Below are positions 42,055 through 51,020 of a stretch of DNA of 64,000 bases, piece after piece. Below the pieces are notes generated by a model. It was not told the DNA's origin and ran no database searches. It saw only the letters and a program-made list of their open reading frames with translations. Position numbers and translations under genes: made by a program. How positions within the stretch are numbered: position 1 is the first letter of the stretch; each line of letters starts with the position of its first letter. The DNA is taken from positions 384,001-448,000 of the forward strand of contig CBDBGZ010000009.1 of assembly GCA_965205425.1 (NCBI GenBank), given 5' to 3'. The DNA comes from Nitrosopumilus sp. (lineage in GTDB: Archaea > Thermoproteota > Nitrososphaeria > Nitrososphaerales > Nitrosopumilaceae).

Positions 42055-43198
42055 TGAGACTTGGGCATAATTATTTACAAAAATAACTCTCAGTCATTTC
42101 CTAACAGCAAAGCATTCTCTTTACAGTTCTTGGATTTTCTGCTCCAATTATACAGTTGTAATATACTACAAGTTGATACACCAACACACAAACCAATACA
42201 AATGATTTCACGTTGTCAAATCCTTTCACATGTACAGTTCTAATGTTGAACGTATCTTTGAATATTTCAAATAAAGGTTCAATTGAGATTTTTCTTTGTG
42301 AGTACAACTCTTGACCTTGTACAGAATTATAAAAATCTGCAAGTTTGATTCGCTCTGGCGGTGTTGATGGATATATTTTGATAGGACAAATCAATCTCAA
42401 ATGTCTCTCATCACTAAACTGATATAATTTGGAATCATCATATGCTGGATCACATAAAATATTTTCAACCAGTCCTGCAAGTGGTTTGACTAACGTTTCA
42501 TACATTTTACCATCAGAAACATTTGCAGTTGAAACATCAGCAGACAATGGAACTATCAGTTTTCCAGTACTGCAACTCATGTGCAGTTTGTATCCAAATA
42601 TCCAACCCTTTGATTTTGAAAAACCCCATTTTGCATCAGTATCAATTCCTGGGATTGGTAGACGATTGTTCTTTATGTCTGATTTGTGCCATACTGGACC
42701 ATCTGCTTTTAGCATTGAACTATCCCCTGATGCTGAAACATTTTCCACCAATCCCTCTGAGATGAATTTGTTGCCCATGGTACTAATCATGTCACTAATG
42801 GGTAGAAATTGAAATCGTCTGTCAATAGTTCTTCTGTCTGGAATTTGAGTTAATTTGCAAACCTTGAGCAGTTTGTCATTGGAAGGTTTGATTGAAAGGA
42901 AATAATGAAATGTGTTGTTGCTTGGTATTCTCATCCACAACTTTATGATGAACAATTGCACCATCTGGATGGTTGGATACACGTATGGTCTACCCGATCT
43001 GAATACTTCCTCATACAAAGACAACATTCCCACCAAATGTAACACGCCAATAAGAAATGATTCCGATAGAATCTTGCCTAGGGATTTTCATTTGTTTTGA
43101 CATTCCAATGAACGAAACATGATAAGATCCTTAGCTTTTTCTATTTGAATAATTTGAGAATTGACTCAAAAATTAGAATTAGTTATGCCCATGTCTCA
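42055..43198 (-). mobile_element. IS element with DDE_Tnp_1-type transposase (IS5/IS982-like; ORF 42101-43045, probable 5' frameshift)
   Basis: TIR TGAGAC(T/A)TGGGCATAA at both ends; DSS, AKWG...GYKLH, DPAYD, RKISIE; no TSD seen. Confidence 0.85.
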
Positions 43199-43288
43199 AT
43201 TAAATAGTAATTTCTCATAATTATTGTACAAACTTTGGTGTTTGTCTGTTTGTCTTGTGGTATGCCTTTGTATATCATAATAAAACAG

Positions 43289-43325
43289 GTTCTAGGTTCT
43301 GAGGTTTCCGCAACCAACCTAGAAC
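43289..43325. other. Stem-loop with 10-bp perfect arms
   Basis: GTTCTAGGTT-N17-AACCTAGAAC followed by T-run. Confidence 0.6.
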
Positions 43326-43357
43326 ATTTTTATTAATTTTATAGTTTTACAAGTTCT

Positions 43358-43421
43358 GCAGAGATAGCCTAGCTTGGTTATGGCGTTTACCTCAGGAGTA
43401 AATGGTTGCGGAACTACGGAG
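43358..43421 (+). pseudogene. Truncated tRNA-Leu(CAG), 5' three quarters
   Basis: GCAGAGA-TA-GCC..TGG..GGC D arm, TTTAC-CTCAGGA-GTAAA anticodon arm, variable arm; T-loop replaced by IS630 sequence; TATA-like tttattaa ~25 bp upstream. Confidence 0.75.
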
Positions 43422-43717
43422 ATTGTTCTTGGCCTACCAACTTCTTGGGTGGTCGTAGAGGCCATCTATCTCAAAACGACTCACCCATTTTCTCACCCAG
43501 CTTGTGCAGTGGTGTAATGTCTTTGCAGTGCACTGTATGTCCTTTCCATCCTTTAGAATCCTCAACACTGCAAGCATCCTTACTGCAACCTTGGAGTTTT
43601 CTTTTTTGTATGCTGCTTCAAGTGATTCTAACTTGTTCATCAAATTTTACCATACATAGTGATCAAAAAGTTTTTTGTTTTGGAATAATTTAGTTCATGA
43701 ACTTTATCTTTTCGCTA
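43418..43717 (-). mobile_element. IS630-family partial copy (left end and transposase 5' part)
   Basis: Near-identical to 56007-56306; ends ...TCGCTA|TA. Confidence 0.9.
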
Positions 43718-44672
43718 TACCAGTATAATTGCAAGAACTGCTCTGATAGTTTCAAGACAGATGGAAATCTTCCACCATGTGGATGCTTTGATTCCTCTGC
43801 AATACGTGAGGTAGTCTCATTATTCTCAAAGAGAATGCCATACGATACCATTAGAGTAACTCTTCAAGAAAGATATGGATTGAAAATTAGTTGCACTACA
43901 GTACAATCTATTCTTCGCACTGGCAGTATTATGTTAGAACCATTGTACCATGACATTAGTAGTGAAATTGTGACTGAAAAGATTCTTGGAATGGATGAGA
44001 CAACATTTCCAATTGACGGAAAGACTGGATGGATGTGGGTTGCAAGAAGCAAAACAGAAGCTCATTACACTTTAGAGTACAGTAGAGGTGCTAAAATCCT
44101 AAAGAGATGTTGGAAGAAATTCTCAGGGATTTTAATATCTGATGGATATGCTCCATACAGAACGGTATTTTGTGATAATGTAAAACAGAGATGCACTGCA
44201 CATCTGCAGCGTGATGCAAAACATCTTGCAAGAAAATCAAATGATAAACAGGCTAAAACCATTTATGGAAAACTCTCAAAACTATTGCATCGTGCAAGAC
44301 GGTATAGCATACAAGAACATTCAGAGAAACAACGTAAAAGATATGCGTTGAATTTACTAAAACAAACAGATTCTATAATATGTCAATACATGTCAGGTGA
44401 TAAAGAAATGATTCAGTTTGGTACGAAACTAAAGACTGCAAGAAATAGTCTGGTTACATTTGTGAAATATCCCTGTATTCCATCAACTAACAATGATGCT
44501 GAGAATTCTATTCGAAAGTGCATCATGCAGAGAAATGTTCGCGGACAGATGAAAAGCAATCAGGGAATGAAGATGCTTTCTATATTTTTAACATGCTTTG
44601 AAACATGGAGGATAAGGGAATTGAATATGTTTTCTGAGATGGCAAAATACATCTAAAGTGCTTGATACATAC
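43718..44672 (+). mobile_element. IS66-family transposase (TnpC-like), 5'-truncated by IS630
   Basis: CKNC, DETT, WMWV, LISDGY, QRCTAHLQRD, TNNDAENSIR; stop at 44656, right end approximate. Confidence 0.85.
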
Positions 44673-44702
44673 AAATGAATATCCTATAAAATCTGTTATT
44701 TT

Positions 44703-44767
44703 GGTAATTCTGATATTACCTTAGTACAACTTTTGATCAGTTTGTATACAAAATAATCACTAAGGTA
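44703..44767. promoter_or_regulatory. Putative autoregulatory operator of the Panacea-PIN operon
   Basis: GGTAAT-N6-ATTACC and TACCTTAGT-N33-ACTAAGGTA inverted repeats abutting TATA-like tattatag. Confidence 0.45.
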
Positions 44768-44796
44768 TTATAGTATGTAATTTTCTATTTCTCTAC

Positions 44797-45645
44797 ATGC
44801 CAGAAGAAATTCCAGAGAGAATGTGGCTGCCATTATTAATTTTAGAAACTACTGGTGACTTACATTCGAAAACAAAATTCCAAAAAATTGCATTTCTGAC
44901 ACAATACGAATCAAAATTTGACGTATATGATTTCATTAAACATCATTATGGCCCATATTCTGATGGTCTTGATTTAGACACAGTATGTTATCCTTCATTG
45001 ATTACTCAAACTACTTCTCAATTGTATTATGCACCAAGTAGACATTACTATTCTTATTACATTACAGAACAAGGAAAAAATATTTTATCAGAATTAAAAC
45101 AAAAAATACAACCAGAAATCCTTCAAACAATGGTTGACAAAATTAAAGAAATTAATGAAAAACCATTATGCGAATTACTTGAAGAAGTTTATGAAAAATT
45201 TGCTCTAAAGAAAGATGATTCTATACAACTTGAATTACAAGTTAAAGAAGAATTAATGAAAGTAATGCATCCAATTAATCATAGCTATACAAAATTTGGA
45301 AATAGACAAACTACTTTTGTTTTAGGTATTTTAGAAGCCATTTACAAAATTCTGTCAAAATCCCAAACAGAAGATACCGTGCAAAAAGGAGTTATTTTTA
45401 ATTTATCAAAAGAAATTATTCAACGATGCAAAGATTTAGCAAAAGATGTTATTCCTCCTACCAATTCTGATTTCTTACGTCCACAATTTTTAGAAATACA
45501 TGATCTTTATAGCTATCTTATTCAATACTGTGAAAATAGAAATATCGTTCAAGATCCTATGTCACAACCATTAGATGAAATACTAAACGAGGATGAAGCA
45601 TTACGTCTGTCTCAAGCACTGGAAGCAATAGAACTTCTATCTTAA
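44797..45645 (+). CDS. Panacea (DUF4065/SocA/YwgA-like) antitoxin with extra C-terminal helical domain
   Basis: KTKFQKIAFL...F..HHYGPYS, Y-IT-QG, LLEEVYEKF. Confidence 0.75.
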   Translation: MPEEIPERMWLPLLILETTGDLHSKTKFQKIAFLTQYESKFDVYDFIKHHYGPYSDGLDLDTVCYPSLITQTTSQLYYAPSRHYYSYYITEQGKNILSELKQKIQPEILQTMVDKIKEINEKPLCELLEEVYEKFALKKDDSIQLELQVKEELMKVMHPINHSYTKFGNRQTTFVLGILEAIYKILSKSQTEDTVQKGVIFNLSKEIIQRCKDLAKDVIPPTNSDFLRPQFLEIHDLYSYLIQYCENRNIVQDPMSQPLDEILNEDEALRLSQALEAIELLS

Positions 45646-46226
45646 CTGTCCTTGATACAAACGCTTGTCTTTTCTATTCGATTAATCATAGCGTAACAAA
45701 ATCAGGAAGAAAAATTCCTATAAAATTAAAGAATTCTGAACCTGTAAATCACTATCTTACACCAAAAATTTCAGAGAATTCAATTTATGTCATAGAAACT
45801 GTTAATCGAGAAACTACAGGAAAAATTTGGGATGAACTATCAAAAATTGGTTCTAGTCTTTCATTTCAAGCATCAACAATCCACAAATTGGTTCAGTTAT
45901 CTTCTTCAAATTTTAACAAATTAACTCAAAATCAAATCCATCCTGATGATCTATCTCTTCTTTCTGATGTCAAAAACATGTATGCAACAATTTGGAGTGA
46001 CACTGGAAAAAATGAAAAAAAGAAAAAATGGGCACAAATAAAAAAAACTACCATAGATAAAGGTCCTCCAAGTGGACCTGATCTAGATATTTTAGCAACA
46101 ACTGCAAAATTGGCGCAAGATGAAATTGTAGAATTACTAACGTTTGACAATGATTTTATTTTATTTGCAGATGAAATATTGAGCGAATTTGGAATTTCCA
46201 TCAAAAATGGATGGTTACTAGAATGA
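45600..46226 (+). CDS. PIN-domain ribonuclease toxin, start codon non-canonical or unresolved
   Basis: Frame open from 45597: TVLDTNA...TVNRE...SGPDLDILAT...LLTFDNDF (PIN acidic tetrad); track shows only 45888-46226. Confidence 0.7.
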   Translation: MTSVSSTGSNRTSILTVLDTNACLFYSINHSVTKSGRKIPIKLKNSEPVNHYLTPKISENSIYVIETVNRETTGKIWDELSKIGSSLSFQASTIHKLVQLSSSNFNKLTQNQIHPDDLSLLSDVKNMYATIWSDTGKNEKKKKWAQIKKTTIDKGPPSGPDLDILATTAKLAQDEIVELLTFDNDFILFADEILSEFGISIKNGWLLE

Positions 46227-46293
46227 TCGATCAAATTTCCCTCCTAAAATAACTCTAAACTATCTGAATTCTCACTAAAGTTAAATTGAATAT

Positions 46294-46566
46294 TTATGAA
46301 TAATTTTCTACAAGATCTGAAAAATATTCTATAATATCATTCACTAATAACTCATATTCAGGATTAGAAGGACTGGATTGAACCATCATCTTGCCATTTT
46401 TGTAATATGTGATCATAATTTTACCATTTGGAGTATCAACTTCTAAAGCTTCTTGGGTGCCAGGTTGAATAGATCTGTTATTCAGTCTATGCCTTTCTTT
46501 TAGAAATCCTTTGAGATTATGAAATTCACTTTCTCTAACATTTGGACAAACATGATATGACTTCAA
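46294..46566 (-). CDS. Small protein, possible TBP-like fold (RNase HIII N-terminal/DUF3378-like)
   Basis: IMITYYKNGKMMVQ motif. Confidence 0.45.
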   Translation of the reverse strand: MKSYHVCPNVRESEFHNLKGFLKERHRLNNRSIQPGTQEALEVDTPNGKIMITYYKNGKMMVQSSPSNPEYELLVNDIIEYFSDLVENYS

Positions 46567-46634
46567 AATAGTGATGATATATTGTCTTGATTAGTTATTA
46601 ACATTTAACGAAACTTTGTAGATCGATATAGTTG

Positions 46635-46658
46635 TGGGACAAATTTAATCCCCAAAAA
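46635..46658 (+). repeat. Boundary motif B, copy 1
   Basis: TGGGAC-aaatttaat-CCCCAAAAA. Confidence 0.55.
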
Positions 46659-46709
46659 TGGTTCAAGCCTTTACGGATTCAGTCATAATCTTTTAAATTT
46701 AACAGAATA

Positions 46710-47789
46710 TTGTTTTATTTTGTGAAGTTTGTTATTTTTGCATTAATTCCATTAATCCTCTCAATAGGAATTGTTCCTGCTTTATCATCTGATTTTGTTC
46801 CAGAAGCTAATGCTGCAAAGTCCAAAGGGAATTCTCTGACTGAAATTGGTTCAAAAAAAGTTTGTGGGGATAGATTATGCTCAGAAATTTCTGGAACAAA
46901 AAATGTCTCTCCTTCAATGATCATAAAATCTGAAAAGAAATTGTTTGCATCTGCAATGGATTACACAATTGCAGGACCTGAAATAGATCCTGAAAAAGGA
47001 TATGCAGTAATTGAAATTGGTGATGGTCTTTACTGGCTAACTGATGGAATGTATCAATTAATGTTCTTAACAACAGGAGAAGGAGTAATCTTAGTTGATG
47101 CTCCTATGGGAATGGGAACAAAAATTCAGCAAGCCATATCTGATGTTACTTCTGAAAAAGTAACTCATTTCATTTACTCTCATATTCATAAAGATCATGT
47201 TGGCTCTGCAAGTTTACTTCCTGCTGATACAGTCTACATTTCCCATATTGATACTGCTGAACATTTGATGATGAAAAATGATCCTCAACGTCCAGTTCCA
47301 ACTGTAACTTTTCATGATGATTTTACTTTGGTGGTAGGTGATCAAATTTTGGAATTATCTTACTTGGGACCATTTCATTCAAAAGGTGATATTGTGATTT
47401 ATTCTCCTGCTCACAAAACTATCATGGCAGTTGATTTGTTTCATCCAAATGCAGCACCATTCCAATTCATGGGAATTACAAGAGATGTAGGTGAGCATAT
47501 TGCAGTTCATGACAAACTTTTAGAAATTGATTGGGATGTAATTGTATCTGGCCATGAACCAATTTTAGGAACTCCTGAACATCTAAAATTTAACAAAGAA
47601 TTCACCTTGGCAGTTTTAGATAATGCAATAATTGCAATGCAAACAACGCAGTCAAGTGCAGATTACTTTGGAGATTTGGCAAACAAATGTGCTGAATTAA
47701 CTGTTGAACAATATTCAGATCTAAAAGACATTGAAGTTTATCCTGTAGAAAACTGCATTACAATGGTTTTCTTTGCCATGATTGACTAA
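46710..47789 (+). CDS. Secreted MBL-fold metallo-hydrolase
   Basis: Signal peptide, KVCGDRLCSE motif, SHIHKDHVG, HSKGD, VSGH. Confidence 0.85.
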   Translation: MFYFVKFVIFALIPLILSIGIVPALSSDFVPEANAAKSKGNSLTEIGSKKVCGDRLCSEISGTKNVSPSMIIKSEKKLFASAMDYTIAGPEIDPEKGYAVIEIGDGLYWLTDGMYQLMFLTTGEGVILVDAPMGMGTKIQQAISDVTSEKVTHFIYSHIHKDHVGSASLLPADTVYISHIDTAEHLMMKNDPQRPVPTVTFHDDFTLVVGDQILELSYLGPFHSKGDIVIYSPAHKTIMAVDLFHPNAAPFQFMGITRDVGEHIAVHDKLLEIDWDVIVSGHEPILGTPEHLKFNKEFTLAVLDNAIIAMQTTQSSADYFGDLANKCAELTVEQYSDLKDIEVYPVENCITMVFFAMID

Positions 47790-47791
47790 GC

Positions 47792-47815
47792 TGCGTCCAT
47801 TTTTGACCCCAAAAA
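47792..47815 (+). repeat. Boundary motif B, copy 2
   Basis: TGCGTC-catttttga-CCCCAAAAA, 2 bp after stop codon. Confidence 0.65.
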
Positions 47816-47893
47816 CGATTTGAATCTATAATTATGAAATAATAGGCACGATTTGCTTTTTCATTATTAATATTTTCTATACAATTATCCGTA

Positions 47894-48935
47894 TATCTTT
47901 TCCGGAAATTATTTCACCCCTTAACTAGGAGAGCATCATTCCCATACTATCGTATGCGTGGGTATCGTGGCATACCTATGGTAAAGTTAGATGAGAATAA
48001 GATCAGGTGGATTATACAATCTAAAAATGAAAAAGTCAAGAATTTAGATATTTCAGTAATCCTCAAGATAACGCCTAGAAGAGTACAACAAGTCTACTCT
48101 CAGTACAAAAAAACCAAAAAGATTCCCACACTCAAAAGACCAGGGCGTCCAAAAAAGCCAGTCACTGTACACGAGATAGAGCTAGTCAAACAAGTTCAAG
48201 AAAAATTTCATACAAACGCACTATACCTTGAGAAAATCATATCAAAATTGTACAATACCAAGATAAACCACAATCGCATCCACAAGATTATGCTAGATGA
48301 AGGATTATCAGTTGAGCAACCACGGAAAAAGATGAGAAGAAAGTGGATCAGGTATGAACGTGAATATTCAAATTCACTGTGGCATACTGACTGGCACACA
48401 ATACATGATTCACGCTGGGCAGGAAAACAACTAATTGCATTTGAAGATGATGCCTCACGATTTATCACGGGTTTCGGAGTGTATGATGAGGCAACATCTG
48501 TGAATTCTTCTGAAGTACTATCTGATGCAATAAAGAATCACGGTAGACCAGCATCTGTACTATCTGATAATGGAAAACAGTTCACATCAAATGTCAATAC
48601 TCTTGATCATAACAAGCCAGTAGACTTTGAGCAGCAACTAATGAGACATCACGTAAAGCACTCTCGTACAAGAGTGAGACATCCACAAACAAATGGTAAG
48701 CTAGAAAAGTTCTGGGATATCTTTGAGTGTAAAATAGAATACTTTGAGTCAGTGGAGCAGTTTATGCATTGGTACAATCACATTAGAGTTCATGGCGCAC
48801 TAGACTTGGATAACATGGAGACACCATCTGATGCGTATCACTCCAAGATGATAACAAACGAAATACTCATAGACCCAAGCATTCTATGGAGGAATTACTC
48901 ATGAAAGTGACACGAAATAATTTCTGGAAAGAACA
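47894..48935 (+). mobile_element. IS481-family element, intact transposase 47954-48904
   Basis: 22-bp imperfect TIRs, 15-bp TSD ATACAATTATCCGTA (47879-93, 48936-50); WHTD, SDNGKQF, PQTNGKLE. Confidence 0.93.
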
Positions 48936-48965
48936 ATACAATTATCCGTAGTTCTTTATATTATA

Positions 48966-49484
48966 ATGACTAGAAATCACATAATGAAAAAGATACAATT
49001 TCTAAGTGTAGTTTTTTCTCTGATATTGTTTTCTGGAATTACAGCAGGTGCTACTGCGTTTGCTGAACCAGGTAAATACAATCATACTGAAAAACTCAAT
49101 GCTTATTGTGACATGTCAGCTGAAGAACAAGCAGAATTAATTGCTAAACACAACAAATCTGAAGACAAAGTTACCAAAATGAATGAGTACTGCTCTTTGG
49201 ATGATGAAGGACGTGCAGCATTTATTGACGAACACAAAAAAGCATACAAAAATCATGACAAGAAAATGCATAAAGAAATGAAAAAACATGCAAAGAACTT
49301 ATCTTCTGAAGATAGATCTGGATTAAAATCTGATCTTAAAGCACTAAAATCCGAATTTAGAGAACTTAAAGCACAGTTATCTGAAGATGGAACTCTAAGT
49401 GCAGAAGAAAAACGTGATCTAAGAATGCAATTTATTGAAAAAGCAAGAGCAATTCAGTTGTCTTGGATAACTCCACAAAATTAG
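48966..49484 (+). CDS. Secreted alpha-helical protein
   Basis: Signal peptide, duplicated YC-(M/L) helical units, coiled coil. Confidence 0.7.
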   Translation: MTRNHIMKKIQFLSVVFSLILFSGITAGATAFAEPGKYNHTEKLNAYCDMSAEEQAELIAKHNKSEDKVTKMNEYCSLDDEGRAAFIDEHKKAYKNHDKKMHKEMKKHAKNLSSEDRSGLKSDLKALKSEFRELKAQLSEDGTLSAEEKRDLRMQFIEKARAIQLSWITPQN

Positions 49485-49524
49485 ATTTTTTCTAATTTTT
49501 CTTTTTGTTTATTTTACATCTATC

Positions 49525-49548
49525 TGCATCTCAAATAATCCCCAAGAA
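49525..49548 (+). repeat. Boundary motif B, copy 3 (ISH3 target)
   Basis: TGCATC-tcaaataat-CCCCAAGAA. Confidence 0.55.
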
Positions 49549-50868
49549 CAGTAGATGGGAAAGTAACTCAATTTAGATCAAAAACTATCAATTATTCAAT
49601 CAATCTATTCAGATAGAAAAAGCTTGATGGAAGTATGTCACTCCATCAAATATGCATTGTACTTCATTTGATACCATGACACACCAAGGCGTGATACTAT
49701 CTAAAGCATTTGAGATTATCACTAAAATAATGTACAATATCTTGTTGTTTCCATGCTCTAGTAAAAATAACTCACGGTTCCATAATGCTGATGCACACAA
49801 TTCTGTCATGTCATTGTGTTTGGGAAATTCGTATGCAGAATCAGGATTAAAGAGACTGGCAATGGAATCCCAGAATCATTCTCCAACGGGTTTCATGGTT
49901 GAGAAAAATTATATCAAAAATATCACAAAAAACAATGCAAATTCAATTACATCGTTCACTGGATAGTACCATATCAAAATTACAAGAATTGGGAGTATTG
50001 GAGCAACCAGTTACTGTGGCAATTGACAAACATCTAATCCCAAGATATGACAAATTGCCAAACCATTCTTTAATAAAATCAAAATCTAAAAACAGTACTA
50101 CTCATTTTGAGAGTTACTGCACCATGCAGTGCGTTGAAAAAAGAATCAGGGCTCAACTAGGTTGTTATCCTTTGTATGACAACATATCAAATGCCGATTT
50201 TGTGCGTAAATTACTCTCTGATGGCATCAATAATGGAATCAAGATTAAACTATTGCTAGTGGATAGGGAGTTTTTCACAGCTGGAACAATTTCAGAAATA
50301 AAACAAAAGAATTTAAAATTTCTAATGCCTGCAAAAAAGAATTCTCGAATCAAAGATGCCATTTTACAATACGTTAATGGAGATAGAAAATCAATCTCGC
50401 CATACACGATAAAATCATCATCAGGACATGTAGAATCATTTACTCTAGTTATTCTGCCAAACAAAAATGCAAGAAAAAAATCAGATATTATTGATCAGTA
50501 TGTTGTGTTTGCAACAAACGTTTCACCAAAAGAAATATCATATAACATACAAAACATTCCAACTGATTACAAGAAACGTTGGGGGATTGAAACAGGCTAT
50601 GCATGTGTGGGAAGGTTCAGACCAAAAACCACCAGTTCAAACCAATCCATAAGATTGTTGTATTTTTACTATTCATTGATTTTGTACAATGCATGGATAA
50701 TTGCTAATTTGATTATCTCAGAAGAAACCAATGTAAAAAATTACAAACCAATAATATCAATTGAAATTCTCAAATATTTCTTTGTAAAGATAATTATTCA
50801 TTACTTTAGAAATAACAAAAATAATTATTTCCTAGAATGTGTAATTTGATGTACTTTCCCATCTACTG
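49549..50868 (+). mobile_element. ISH3-like (IS4 superfamily) element; transposase split by +1 frameshift near 49890
   Basis: Perfect 17-bp TIR CAGTAGATGGGAAAGTA, 7-bp TSD CCAAGAA; AIDKH, VDREF, YKKRWGIETGY. Confidence 0.92.
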
Positions 50869-50876
50869 CCAAGAAA

Positions 50877-50924
50877 GGTTCAAGCCTTAACAGAATTGAA
50901 CCAAATCTTAGAACACTTTATGAA
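50877..50924 (+). promoter_or_regulatory. Motif A (GGTTCAAGCC...TTGAACC) followed by BRE/TATA-like box
   Basis: Similar sequences at 46660 and 53250, each upstream of a secreted-protein gene. Confidence 0.6.
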
Positions 50925-51020
50925 CTTCCTATGAAAAATTAGAATTGTGAAGTTATTTTGATTTTTAACCTTTACGTATCATTGTCAAGGATGAGATATA
51001 TCAAATTCTTCAAAATTTAA

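Noticed and set aside
43199..43280. 5' half of the RHH-like gene across the IS5-like element
   Set aside because: No TSD and no convincing in-frame start after removing the IS.
46227..46250. Further motif B copy after the PIN stop (TCGATC-aaatttccc-TCCTAAAA)
   Set aside because: The position fits but the match is too degenerate to count.
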